Shown here piece after piece: positions 11,522-21,245 of a stretch of 64,000 bases of DNA (positions are counted from its first letter, which is position 1; each line of letters begins with the position of its first letter). The position numbers and the translations under genes are program-made. The notes beneath the pieces were generated by a model, which was not told where the DNA came from, searched no databases, and saw only the letters and a program-made list of their open reading frames with translations. This DNA comes from Alphaproteobacteria bacterium (GTDB lineage Bacteria > Pseudomonadota > Alphaproteobacteria > JAAXGF01). The DNA lies in NCBI GenBank assembly GCA_963555825.3, contig CAUVXB020000001.1:1-64000 (forward strand), written 5' to 3'.

Positions 11522-13021
11522 ATGTATCGGGTGGAGTTGTACGCACGGGTTCGGCGGGCGTGTCATGTCGAGGGGATGAGCACCCGCGAGGCCTCGCGGG
11601 TGTTTGGTGTAGACCGCAAGACGGTCCGTAAGATGCTGTCGTTCTCGGTGCCGCCAGGGTATCGCCGAAGCGCGCCGCCGAGGCGGCCAAAGCTGGGTCC
11701 GTTCACGGGAATCATCGATCGGATCTTGGAAGACGATCGGACCAGCCACCGCAAGCAACGGCACACTGCGAAGCGCATCTTCGACCGCCTCCGGGACGAG
11801 TACGGTTTCACGGGCGGCTACACCATCGTGAAGGACTACGTTCGTGAGCAGGGGCTTCGGTCGCGTGAGGTGTTCGTGCCACTCTCCCATTCCCCCGGTC
11901 ACGCCCAGGCGGACTTCGGCGAAGCGATGGCGGTGATCGGCGGCGCGTTACGGAAGATCCACTTCCTTGCCTTCGACCTTCCCCACAGTGATGGTTGCTT
12001 TGTTGCGGCCTATCCGGCGGAGACGACCGAAGCATTCTGCGATGGCCACAACGCGGCGTTTGCCTTCTTCGGCGGCGTCCCCCGATCCATCCTGTACGAC
12101 AACACCAAGCTGGCGGTTGCCCGGATCCTGGGCGATGGGAAGCGGCAGCGAACGCGCGTCTTCACGGAGCTTCAGTCCCACTATCTGTTCGAGGACAGGT
12201 TCGGCCGGCCGGGCAAGGGCAACGACAAGGGCAAGGTCGAGGGACTGGTCGGCTTCATCCGGCGGAACTTCCTGGTCCCCGTCCCGCGTGCCGAGAGCTT
12301 CGCGGCCCTCAACGATGCTCTCGCCGAACAGTGCCGCCGGCGCCAGGCGGCGCGGCTGCGGGGCCACAAGGAGACCATCGGCGAGCGTCTCGAGCGGGAT
12401 CGTCAAGTTCTCTTGCCATTGCCGCCTGCTCCCTATGATGCCTGCGATAAGCGCCCTGGACGGGCGAGTTCGCTGTCGCTGGTGCGTTACCGCAGCAACG
12501 ACTATTCCGTGCCCGTGGCCTACGGCCACCGTGAGGTGCTCATCCGGGGCTACGTCGATGAGGTGGTGATCAGCTGCGGGGCCGAGGTGATCGCCCGGCA
12601 CCGCCGGTCCTACGACAGCGAGGACCTGATCTTCGACCCGCTGCATTACCTGCCCTTGATCGAGCAGAAGATCGGCGCCCTCGACCAGGCCGCGCCATTG
12701 GCGGGCTGGGACCTGCCCGAGGCCTTCATCACTCTGCGGCGGCTCCTCGAAGCTCGTATGGGCAAGGCAGGCAAGCGCGAGTACGTCCAGGTGCTCCGTC
12801 TACTGGAGACCTTCCGGCTCGAGGAGGTCGAGGGTGCGGTCGGCGACGCCCTGCGGCTCGGCGCAATCGGCTTTGATGCGGTGAAGCACCTGGTACTGTG
12901 CCGCATCGAGCGGCGGCCGCCCAGGCTCAACCTCGACGTCTATCCGTATCTGCCGCGCGCCCGGGTCGCGATGACGTCCGCCAAGTCGTACATGAGCCTG
13001 CTGTCGGGGCTCGGCGCATGA
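11522..13021 (+). CDS. istA: IS21 transposase IstA
   Basis: AQADFG, LYDN, KGKVE DDE motifs. Confidence 0.95.
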   Translation: MYRVELYARVRRACHVEGMSTREASRVFGVDRKTVRKMLSFSVPPGYRRSAPPRRPKLGPFTGIIDRILEDDRTSHRKQRHTAKRIFDRLRDEYGFTGGYTIVKDYVREQGLRSREVFVPLSHSPGHAQADFGEAMAVIGGALRKIHFLAFDLPHSDGCFVAAYPAETTEAFCDGHNAAFAFFGGVPRSILYDNTKLAVARILGDGKRQRTRVFTELQSHYLFEDRFGRPGKGNDKGKVEGLVGFIRRNFLVPVPRAESFAALNDALAEQCRRRQAARLRGHKETIGERLERDRQVLLPLPPAPYDACDKRPGRASSLSLVRYRSNDYSVPVAYGHREVLIRGYVDEVVISCGAEVIARHRRSYDSEDLIFDPLHYLPLIEQKIGALDQAAPLAGWDLPEAFITLRRLLEARMGKAGKREYVQVLRLLETFRLEEVEGAVGDALRLGAIGFDAVKHLVLCRIERRPPRLNLDVYPYLPRARVAMTSAKSYMSLLSGLGA

Positions 13022-13782
13022 CCGACACACCGCAAGTGCTGCTCGCCCACCACCTCAAGACGCTGAAGCTGCCGACCTTCCTGCGCGAGTACGACAAGAT
13101 CGCCCGGCAGTGCGCCTCGGAAGGCGTCGATCACGTCCGCTACCTGTTGAGACTCGCCGAGCTCGAGCTGATCGACCGCGAGCGCCGCATGGTCGAGCGG
13201 CGCATCAAGGCGGCGCGCTTCCCCGTGGTCAAGAGCCTCGACAGCTTCGACTTCAAGGTCATCCCCTCGCTCAACAAGGCGCTGGTCCTGGAGCTGGCCC
13301 GCTGCGAGTACATCGAGCGCCGCGAGAACCTCATCGCGCTCGGCAACAGTGGGACCGGCAAGACCCACATCGCCCTCGGTCTCGGCCTGGCGGCCTGCCA
13401 GAAGGGCCTCTCGGTCGGCTTCATCACCGCCGCCGCGCTGGTCCACGAACTCATCGAGGCCCGCGATGACAAGCAGCTGCTGAGGTTCCAGAAGAAGCTC
13501 GCCACCTACAAGCTTCTGATCGTCGACGAACTCGGCTTCGTGCCGCTGTCGAAGACCGGCGCCGAGCTGTTGTTCGAGGTGTTCAGCCAACGCTACGAGC
13601 GGGGCTCGACCCTGGTCACCACCAATCTGCCCTTCGACGAATGGACCGAGGTGTTCGGCTCCGAGCGCCTCACCGGCGCGCTCCTCGATCGCCTCACCCA
13701 CCACGTCAACATCCTCGAGATGAACGGTGACAGCTACAGGCTCAACCAGAGCCGCAGGCGTCAAACCCCGACTGCTAACTGA
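13018..13782 (+). CDS. istB: IS21 helper ATPase IstB
   Basis: GNSGTGKT, LLIVDELGF, ALLDRLTHH. Confidence 0.95.
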   Translation: MTDTPQVLLAHHLKTLKLPTFLREYDKIARQCASEGVDHVRYLLRLAELELIDRERRMVERRIKAARFPVVKSLDSFDFKVIPSLNKALVLELARCEYIERRENLIALGNSGTGKTHIALGLGLAACQKGLSVGFITAAALVHELIEARDDKQLLRFQKKLATYKLLIVDELGFVPLSKTGAELLFEVFSQRYERGSTLVTTNLPFDEWTEVFGSERLTGALLDRLTHHVNILEMNGDSYRLNQSRRRQTPTAN

Positions 13783-14022
13783 ACCGACCACCCAGCCCAC
13801 GCTTGACCCCGTGGGCCCACAGGTCCCTCCCGCGCGCGCCGCCGCGTCAGCCTGTTGAGGGCACGCCGCGTCGCGCGCGGGGCCCTCCCGTGGACTACGG
13901 GGACAAGCCCGCAGCCGCCAAGCGGTCCCTTCTTACACCGCCGAGGTGGTCCCTTTTTGCTCCGCCATTGACAGCCTCGTCACTGCGATTGGCGCTTCGT
14001 CATGCGTGCATAGGGCCGAGGC

Positions 14023-14310
14023 CTACCCGCCACCCCGCCGGTAGTGCAGGTCGATGCGGGCCAACAGGGCGTCGGCTTGCGTCTCGTCGTAGCCGGTGAA
14101 GCTGAAGGTCACCTCGGTGACCGGCAGGCGGAACAGGCCGATCGCGCGGGTGCCTTCGGGACCCAGCTCGATTTCGATGCCTCGCGCGCCGTCGACGACG
14201 GTGGCGCGGTTGCCTTCGGCGGTGGACGCCAGGCCCTCGAGCGCGGCAGGCAGGCGATGGAAGAAATCCGCGTGCGTGATGCCCATGACCCGAACGCGCG
14301 TGATCGTCAT
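14023..14310 (-). CDS. Small hypothetical protein closing the AOR cluster
   Basis: Co-oriented after MoaD-like gene; MGITHADFFHRLP...HYRRGGG. Confidence 0.65.
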   Translation of the reverse strand: MTITRVRVMGITHADFFHRLPAALEGLASTAEGNRATVVDGARGIEIELGPEGTRAIGLFRLPVTEVTFSFTGYDETQADALLARIDLHYRRGGG

Positions 14311-14332
14311 GCGATGAACGGACGAGCCCGCG

Positions 14333-14584
14333 TCAGCCGCCGGCGACCGGCGGCCACATGGCCAGGTGATCACCCTCGGCGAGCCGCTTCAGGCCGCGCT
14401 GCGACGGCGCGACGAAGATGCCGTTGATCAACACCAGATGCGCCATCTCGGGCGGCACGCCGAAGAGCCCCATGACGTCGGCCGGGGTCGCGCCGTCGGG
14501 CGCCTCGATCTCGATCTGGTTCTTGTACGCCTCGGCCGGCAGGTAGTTGCTCAGCACGGCGAACAGCTTCAGGGTGATGCGCAT
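14333..14584 (-). CDS. MoaD/ThiS-family sulfur carrier
   Basis: Ubiquitin-like size, C-terminal PPVAGG. Confidence 0.9.
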   Translation of the reverse strand: MRITLKLFAVLSNYLPAEAYKNQIEIEAPDGATPADVMGLFGVPPEMAHLVLINGIFVAPSQRGLKRLAEGDHLAMWPPVAGG

Positions 14585-14683
14585 GGCGTCCGGGTCGCTT
14601 GCTGAAACCGCGACTGGGCGCGGCCCAGTGGCGCCCGAAAGCACCCCGGGTCGCGCCCGACGCGTCGATGATTGCCGGGTCGG

Positions 14684-16531
14684 TTAAAGCGCGAGCCGCT
14701 CGAGCGTCTCGTTGGTCGGCACGCCGTCTTCGCTCCAGCCGCGCAGCTCGTAGTACTCGGGCAGCATCTCGCCCAGCCCGGCGACCTTGCCCTCGGCCGG
14801 CCCGGTTTTGGCGGCCTCGGTCAGCAGGCGTTTCGGCAGGGTGTCGTCGGCGCCGGTGAAGCCCGCTTGCATGTTGAACTGGCGCTCGAGGTTCCAGACC
14901 CGCTCGCCCAACTCCATGAGATTGTCGATCGACCAATCGCCCTCGCAGGCGGCGTCGATCTGCGGGCCGATGTCGTCGAGCGACCAGGCGAAGGTGGTGA
15001 ACAAGCAGAGCCCGCTCGAATCGACCACCGCGGTGGCGTCCTGGAACGCCTTGACCAGACCGGCCTTGCCCTCGGTGACCAGCGGGTCGGTCTTCTCGGG
15101 GATGCCGAGGATCTCGGACGCCGTGGTGTAGGCGCGCAGGTGGCAGGCGCCCCGGTTGGCCGTGGCGTAGCCCAGCCCCATGCCCTGGATGCCGCGCGCA
15201 TCATAGGCCGGGAACTCCTGGCCCTTGACGCTCATCGAGAGCTCCGGGTGGCCGTACTTCTCGCACATGCGCTTCGAGCCCATGCCGATGATCTTGCCGA
15301 AACCCTCGGCCTTGCCGGTCAGCTCGGCAAGCGTCGAGAGCGCCTCGGCCGAGCCGAACTTGAGCTCGAGACCATCGGTGTCGTCGGTCGTGATGGCGCC
15401 GATCTCGAACAGCTCCATCGCCGCGCCGACGGTGGCGCCGAACGAGATCGGGTCATAGCCGTGCTCGTTGCACAGGAAGTTGGCGTAGGTCAGGCACTCG
15501 AGGTCGTCGACCCCGTTGGCCGCGCCCAGCGCCCAGGCCGCCTCGTACTCCAGGCCGCCCGAGGCGCCCCAGTATTCGGGCTTGTTGACCACCGTATAGT
15601 GGGTCTGGTCGATCTGCGAGATTCGGCCGCAGGCGATGGTGCAGCCGAAGCATGCTTGTTTGGTCACCAGGTTCGTCTTGCCGTCGGACTTGCGCGGCTC
15701 GGCCATCGCCTCGGCCGAGATGTTGTTGGCGCCCTCGAACTGCACGTCGCGGTGGTTGCGCGTTGGCAGCGCGCCGCTCTCGTTGATGACGTTCATCAGA
15801 ATCTGGGTGCCGTAGGTCGGCAGCCCCTGGCCGGTGACGGCGTTCTCGGCGAGCACCTTCTTGCCCGCCGCCGTCGCCGCCATGAAGGCCTTCGGATCGT
15901 TCACGCCGACGCCGCGGGTGCCGCGGCAGGCGACCGCCTTGAGGTTCTTCGAGCCCATCACCGCGCCGACGCCCGAGCGGCCGGCGGCACGGTGCAGGTC
16001 GTTGACGATGGCGGCGAACAGCACGCCTTCCTCGCCCGCCTTGCCGATCGACGAGACGCGGATCTGCGGGTCGCCGTGTCTTGCCTTGATGGTCTCCTCG
16101 GTGTGCCACGTCGTGGTGCCCCACAGGTCGTCGGCGGGCAGCAGCCGGGCGTCCCCGTTCTCGATCATGAGGTAGACCGGGCTCGCCGCCTTGCCCTCGA
16201 TGATGACCATGTCCCAGCCGGCGAACTTGAGCTCGGCGCCGAACCAGCCGCCCGAGTTCGAACACGCGATAGCGCCGGTCAGCGCGCCCTTGGTGATCAC
16301 CGAATGCCGGCCGCCGGTCGAGGCGCAGGTGCCGGTCAGGGGGCCGGTCGCGTAGATCATCTTGTTTTCGGGCGAGAGCGGATCGACCTTGGGGTCGATC
16401 TCCTCGCAGAGATACTTCGTCGCCAACCCGCGCTGGCCGAGATACTTGCCCGCCCATTCCATGTTGAGGGGTTCGCTGGTGCAGGTTCCCGCTGTCAGAT
16501 CGACGCGCAGGATCTTCCGTGTCCATGCCAT
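14684..16531 (-). CDS. aor: Aldehyde:ferredoxin oxidoreductase (W-pterin AOR family), catalytic subunit
   Basis: SNSGG, AAGRSGVGAVMGSKNLKA, CFGCTIAC, EYE, RGACH, EYYELRGW. Confidence 0.95.
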   Translation of the reverse strand: MAWTRKILRVDLTAGTCTSEPLNMEWAGKYLGQRGLATKYLCEEIDPKVDPLSPENKMIYATGPLTGTCASTGGRHSVITKGALTGAIACSNSGGWFGAELKFAGWDMVIIEGKAASPVYLMIENGDARLLPADDLWGTTTWHTEETIKARHGDPQIRVSSIGKAGEEGVLFAAIVNDLHRAAGRSGVGAVMGSKNLKAVACRGTRGVGVNDPKAFMAATAAGKKVLAENAVTGQGLPTYGTQILMNVINESGALPTRNHRDVQFEGANNISAEAMAEPRKSDGKTNLVTKQACFGCTIACGRISQIDQTHYTVVNKPEYWGASGGLEYEAAWALGAANGVDDLECLTYANFLCNEHGYDPISFGATVGAAMELFEIGAITTDDTDGLELKFGSAEALSTLAELTGKAEGFGKIIGMGSKRMCEKYGHPELSMSVKGQEFPAYDARGIQGMGLGYATANRGACHLRAYTTASEILGIPEKTDPLVTEGKAGLVKAFQDATAVVDSSGLCLFTTFAWSLDDIGPQIDAACEGDWSIDNLMELGERVWNLERQFNMQAGFTGADDTLPKRLLTEAAKTGPAEGKVAGLGEMLPEYYELRGWSEDGVPTNETLERLAL

Positions 16532-16543
16532 GACGGTTTCCTC

Positions 16544-17023
16544 CTAAGCCTGGGCGTCGGGCTGGGTGTCGGTCTTGGCCGCCCAGTCCTTCATTCGGTC
16601 GAGACCGGTCCAGTCGGCGTCGATGTAGACGATCGCCTGGGTCGGACAGGCCTTGGCGCATTCCGGATCGCCGCCGCACAGATCACACTTGATGACCTTG
16701 CCGGTGTCCTGGTTGTAGTTGATGGTGCCGAACGGGCAGGCGATGGTGCACACCCGGCAGCCGACGCAGACGTCCTCGCGGACTTCCTTGGCGCCGGTTT
16801 GCTGGTTGATGACGATGGCGTCGACCGGGCAGGCCTTCATGCACCAGGCGTCGGCGCATTGCGTGCAGGTGTACGGCACGAAGCGCCCCTGTTCGTGGAA
16901 ATTGAACACCTTGATGCGCGACTTGGCCGGGTTGAACACACCCTCGTTGTCGTAAGAGCACGCCATCTCGCACTGCAGACAGCCGGTGCATTTCTCGGCA
17001 ATTATATGTAGCGATTTTTGCAT
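16544..17023 (-). CDS. 4Fe-4S dicluster electron-transfer subunit (AorA-like)
   Basis: Four CxxC/CxxxCP cluster motifs; immediately upstream of AOR. Confidence 0.92.
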   Translation of the reverse strand: MQKSLHIIAEKCTGCLQCEMACSYDNEGVFNPAKSRIKVFNFHEQGRFVPYTCTQCADAWCMKACPVDAIVINQQTGAKEVREDVCVGCRVCTIACPFGTINYNQDTGKVIKCDLCGGDPECAKACPTQAIVYIDADWTGLDRMKDWAAKTDTQPDAQA

Positions 17024-17187
17024 CGCGTGCCTCCCTCCGCGAATGCCCGGGCGAGCTCGGCGACCCCGTGGACCACCGGCTCCCCCGCGCGATTAACGGC
17101 CGTCTCTTGGCGGACGGCCAAACTTGAGAGGACAGCCTAGCGCGATCGATCGCCGAACGCCACCGAAAGACGCGGCTGCGGGTCCGT

Positions 17188-17811
17188 TCAGTTGCCGCGC
17201 GTGCCGAAGTAGGCGAGCAGCCCGGCGACGACGGCGAGGACGCCGGTGACCCATGCCCAGGTCGGCAGGCCGGGCGCTGCCGCCTCGGGCGCGGTCGCGG
17301 CCTCGTCGGGTACGGCGGTGGGCTCGATCTCACCGGCCGGTTCGATGTCATCGGCGGGTTCCTCGTCGCCGAGGTCGTCGATCGCCTCGGCGAACTTGCC
17401 GAAGAAGTCGGCCGCCATCTTGTTGGCGGTGGCGTCGAGCAGGCGCTGGCCGACCTGGGCGAGCTTGCCACCGACCGTCGCGGTCGCGGTGTAGGTCAGC
17501 ACGGTGGCGCCGTCGGCGTCGGCCAGGCTGACCAGCGCCTCGCCGCGCGCGAAGCCAGCGACGCCGCCCTTGCCCTCGCCGGCGATCCGGTAGCTCTTGG
17601 GCGGGTCGAGATCGGACAGCGTCACCTTGCCCTTGAAGGGCGCCTTGACGGGCCCGACCTTGAGCACCGCGGTGGCCTCCAGCTCGGTTTCCGACAGCCG
17701 CACGATCTCGCGGCAGCCCGGAATGCACTGCTTCAGCACCTCGGTGTCGTTGAGCCCGCGCCAAACCCGCGCGCGCGGCGCCTCGATGCGGAACTCGCCG
17801 GTCACGTCCAT
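17188..17811 (-). CDS. coxG: CoxG/SRPBCC protein with C-terminal membrane anchor
   Basis: LKQCIPGC, KVGPVKA, VGGKLAQVGQRL, acidic linker and TM tail. Confidence 0.85.
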   Translation of the reverse strand: MDVTGEFRIEAPRARVWRGLNDTEVLKQCIPGCREIVRLSETELEATAVLKVGPVKAPFKGKVTLSDLDPPKSYRIAGEGKGGVAGFARGEALVSLADADGATVLTYTATATVGGKLAQVGQRLLDATANKMAADFFGKFAEAIDDLGDEEPADDIEPAGEIEPTAVPDEAATAPEAAAPGLPTWAWVTGVLAVVAGLLAYFGTRGN

Positions 17812-17832
17812 CTATCGGTCCCTCGTCCCGGT

Positions 17833-19542
17833 TCAGCCGACGTCGCGCAGATAATAGATCACCAGCGTCGCGCCGAGCAGCACTGCGACCCAGACCGTCG
17901 AGGCGCCGGTCGGCCAACTGCGCGCCGACAGCGCATGGGGCCCGCACAGGCGCACGGCCGCCGCGATGGCACCCTCGACGAAGCGCATTGCGAGCCAGCG
18001 TAAGCCGCGGTCGATGTCGGCGATGACGCCGCCGATGCTGCGCAACAGGCGCGGCGCGGCGCGGCGGTAAAGCCACTCGGCGTCGAGGTTCACCGAGCGC
18101 AGCTCGGGCGGATAGATGCCGGTCAGATTGAGCCAGATGAAGGCCAGCGCGCCGAAGAACAGCAGCTGGATCTGGGCGATCACATGGCTCGCGTCGAACG
18201 GCACGTAGTCGACCGGGAAGGGCAGCAGGCTATAGAGCAGCCACGGATAGCTGCCGATACCGATGCACAACGCCGCGCCGATGAACATGGCGATCAGCAT
18301 GTTCAGCGGCGGCTCGGTCGTGCGGATGCCTGCGTCATGGGCAAAGAAGGCGAAGTACGGGATCTTGATGCCGGCGTGGTGGAAGACGCCGGCCGAGGCG
18401 AACAACAGGAACAGCCAGACCCAGTCGTAGCCCTCCTCGAGCGCGGCGACCATGACCATCGATTTCGAGACGAAACCCGAGAACAGCGGGAACGCCGAGA
18501 TCGACGCGGCGCCGATGATGCACAGCGTCGTCGTGATCGGCATCGATTTGTAGAGCCCGCCGAGGTCGGAACCGTTCATGCGGCCCGTCATGTGCAGCAC
18601 CGAGCCCATCGTCATGAACAAGAGGCCCTTGAAGATAACGTCGTTGAAGGCGTGGCTGACGGCGCCGTTGATCGCCAGCGCCGTGCCGATGCCGATGCCG
18701 CAGACCATGAAGCCGAGCTGGTTGATCATGCTGTAGCAGAGCACCCGGCGAAGGTCGTTCTCGATGACCGCGTAGAAGATCGGGAACACGGTCATCGCCG
18801 CGCCGATGTAGACCAGCGGCTCGGCGCCCGGGTAGGCGCGCGCCAGGGCATAAATCGCGAGCTTGGTGGTGAAGGCGCTCAGGATCACCGTGCCGGTCGG
18901 CGTCGCTTCGGGATAGGCGTCGGTCAGCCAGTTGTGCAGCAACGGGAACGCGCACTTGATGCCGAAGGCGAGGAAGATCAGCCACGACGCGGGCCCGTCG
19001 AGGCCGATGTATTCGAAGGCGAGCGAGCCGGTCGCATGCACGTGCATGACCGCGCCGGCGAGCAACAGCACGCCCGAGACGATCTGGATGATCAGGTAGC
19101 GCTGTCCGGCGCCGAGCGAGGCGAGCGTGCGCCGCGCCCAGATGAGAAACACCGAGGTGACCGCGGCCAGCTCCCAGAAGACGAACAGCGTGATCAGGTC
19201 GCCCGCGAAGACCGCGCCCATCGCGCTGCCGATGTAGAGCAGCGCGGCGACGTGCTGCATGCGGTCTTTGATATGCAAAGCGAAGACCATGCCGATGAAG
19301 GCGGCGATGTGGAACAGATAGCCGAACAACAGGCTCAACCGGTCGACGCGCAGGTAGGTCAGCGTGTAGTCGAAGATACGCAGGGTCGCTGTCGTGCCGG
19401 TCTCGGCCAGCGCCAGGTTGGCCAACCCGATGGCCGGCGTCGCCAAGAGCACGACCGCGCGCACGCGCCCCGTCGTCAGCGCCGCGAGAACGGCGCCGAT
19501 CAGGAAGACGGTAAACGGGTGCAGGCCAGTACTAACGATCAT
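17833..19542 (-). CDS. mrpD: Mrp antiporter MrpD-like subunit (D3)
   Basis: FWE, LHNWLTDAYPEA, YSMINQLG; Proton_antipo_M membrane protein. Confidence 0.88.
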   Translation of the reverse strand: MIVSTGLHPFTVFLIGAVLAALTTGRVRAVVLLATPAIGLANLALAETGTTATLRIFDYTLTYLRVDRLSLLFGYLFHIAAFIGMVFALHIKDRMQHVAALLYIGSAMGAVFAGDLITLFVFWELAAVTSVFLIWARRTLASLGAGQRYLIIQIVSGVLLLAGAVMHVHATGSLAFEYIGLDGPASWLIFLAFGIKCAFPLLHNWLTDAYPEATPTGTVILSAFTTKLAIYALARAYPGAEPLVYIGAAMTVFPIFYAVIENDLRRVLCYSMINQLGFMVCGIGIGTALAINGAVSHAFNDVIFKGLLFMTMGSVLHMTGRMNGSDLGGLYKSMPITTTLCIIGAASISAFPLFSGFVSKSMVMVAALEEGYDWVWLFLLFASAGVFHHAGIKIPYFAFFAHDAGIRTTEPPLNMLIAMFIGAALCIGIGSYPWLLYSLLPFPVDYVPFDASHVIAQIQLLFFGALAFIWLNLTGIYPPELRSVNLDAEWLYRRAAPRLLRSIGGVIADIDRGLRWLAMRFVEGAIAAAVRLCGPHALSARSWPTGASTVWVAVLLGATLVIYYLRDVG

Positions 19543-19774
19543 AGAAATCCTCGTCGCGCATCAGCACCTTGCGCATGTGCTTGGCGATGATCACCAGCAG
19601 CGCGCAGCCGACGAAGCCGTATATGGCGTAGAAACCCCACAGGCCTTCCCAGCCGTGCGTGGCGTGACGTTCGAACACGAAGTCGAGCAGGAACAGGCCC
19701 GTGCACACGGCGTAGACGACGTAAAGCAGGCGCTTCACATTCTTGGGGTCGTCGAAGATGTGCTTCTTTTCCAG
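19532..19774 (-). CDS. Small membrane protein of the mrp operon
   Basis: Two TM segments; frame open to CTG at 19774 behind AAGGAG; overlaps next start. Confidence 0.7.
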   Translation of the reverse strand: MEKKHIFDDPKNVKRLLYVVYAVCTGLFLLDFVFERHATHGWEGLWGFYAIYGFVGCALLVIIAKHMRKVLMRDEDFYDR

Positions 19775-19784
19775 GACAGGCTCC

Positions 19785-21245
19785 TTACGGCACGAGTGTG
19801 CTCAGCAGGCGGTACAGGGGATCCGGGTAGACGAACAGCACCAGGCAGACGAAGGCGCTCAACGTCAACGGCACGACGCAGGCGAGCGGCGCCTCGCCGA
19901 GCCGCGCGTCGGCTTGCGGGTCGTCGGGCGGCGAGAAGAAGGCGCGTAACGGAATCGGGATCAGATAGGCCGCGCTCAGGATCGAGCCGAGCAGCAGCAC
20001 GGCGAGCAACGGGTATTCACCGGCCTCAAGCGTGCCCAGCGCGAGATACCACTTGCTCCACATGCCGCCGAACGGCGGCAGGCCGATGAGCGACAGGCTG
20101 GCGACCAGGAACGCGCCCATGGTGACCGGCATGGCGCGGCCCAGCCCGCGCAGCTCGCTGATGTTGATCCGCTCGGTCACGATGACGATCGCGCCGGCGC
20201 ACAGGAACAGCGTGATCTTGCCGAAGGCATGCATGGCGATGTGCATGCCGCCGCCGATCACGCCCCAGGTGTTCGCGAGCATTGCGCCGAGCACGATGTA
20301 GGCAAGCTGGCTGACCGTCGAATAGGCGAGCCGCGCCTTGAGGTTGTCGCGGTTGAGCGCGACGATCGCGCCGATTAGGACGGTCGCGGCGGCGACGTAC
20401 ATCAACCATCGGCTCGCGCCGATCGCAGCCAGATTCTCGATGCCGAAAATGTAGACCGTGATCTTCATCACGCTGAACACGCCGGCCTTGACGACGGCGA
20501 CCGCGTGCAGCAGCGCGCTGACCGGGGCGGGGGCGACCATCGCCGCGGGCAGCCAGCGGTGGAACGGCATGACCGCCGCCTTGCCGATACCGAAGACATA
20601 GAGCCCGAGCAGCACCGCCGTCATGGTCGGCGTCATCTTGTCGGCGAGGATGCCGCCGGGCACGAAGTCGAGCGTGCCTGCGGCATTCCAGGTCAGGATA
20701 ATGGCGAACAGGAACATGCCGATCGAGGTGGCCAGCAGGACGCCGAGATAGACGCGGGCGCCGCGCCGCGCGGCCGCGTCGCCGCGGTGGGCGACCAGCG
20801 GGTAGGTCGAGAGCGTCAGCGCCTCGTAGAAGACGAACAGCGTGAACAGATTGGCCGCGAAGGCGACGCCGATAGCCGCGCCAAGGGACAGCGCGAAGCA
20901 GGCGAAATAGCGCGGCAGACTGGTCTCGTGATGACCGTGCATGTAGCCGATCGAGTAGACCGAGGTGACGATCCACAAGAAGCTCGCGACCAGCGCGAAC
21001 AGCAAGCCGAGCGGCTCGACCTCGAAGGCGAGCACCAGGCCCGGCAGCGGCTCGGCGAGCACCGCCGCGGGACGGCCGCCGGCGGCGACCTCGGGGTAGA
21101 GCGAGGCGACCAAGCCGAACATGATCAGCGAGGCGACCATCGTCGCCGCTTCGCGTGGCCAAGCGTGGTTGCGCGCGAGCCAGATGGCCAAGGCGCCGAC
21201 GACCGGCGTCAGCGGCGCCGCGATGATGGCGATCGAGGCGCTCAT
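19785..21245 (-). CDS. mrpD: Mrp antiporter MrpD-like subunit (D2)
   Basis: FYE, PFHRWLPAAMVAP, RLAYSTVSQL. Confidence 0.88.
   Translation of the reverse strand: MSASIAIIAAPLTPVVGALAIWLARNHAWPREAATMVASLIMFGLVASLYPEVAAGGRPAAVLAEPLPGLVLAFEVEPLGLLFALVASFLWIVTSVYSIGYMHGHHETSLPRYFACFALSLGAAIGVAFAANLFTLFVFYEALTLSTYPLVAHRGDAAARRGARVYLGVLLATSIGMFLFAIILTWNAAGTLDFVPGGILADKMTPTMTAVLLGLYVFGIGKAAVMPFHRWLPAAMVAPAPVSALLHAVAVVKAGVFSVMKITVYIFGIENLAAIGASRWLMYVAAATVLIGAIVALNRDNLKARLAYSTVSQLAYIVLGAMLANTWGVIGGGMHIAMHAFGKITLFLCAGAIVIVTERINISELRGLGRAMPVTMGAFLVASLSLIGLPPFGGMWSKWYLALGTLEAGEYPLLAVLLLGSILSAAYLIPIPLRAFFSPPDDPQADARLGEAPLACVVPLTLSAFVCLVLFVYPDPLYRLLSTLVP

Larger units (their letters stand above)
11404..13973 (+). 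mobile_element. IS21-family element, copy 1 (2570 bp)
   Basis: TG...CA ends, imperfect IR TGAGAACGGCAGAGCAA / TTGCTCCGCCATTGACA; same as 60885-63454; no TSD. Confidence 0.95.

Noticed and set aside
14672-17011. 779-aa plus-strand ORF (likewise 53269-55563, 6113-7693, 59053-60399, 49872-51980)
   Set aside because: Shadow or alternate-frame ORFs over well-supported genes
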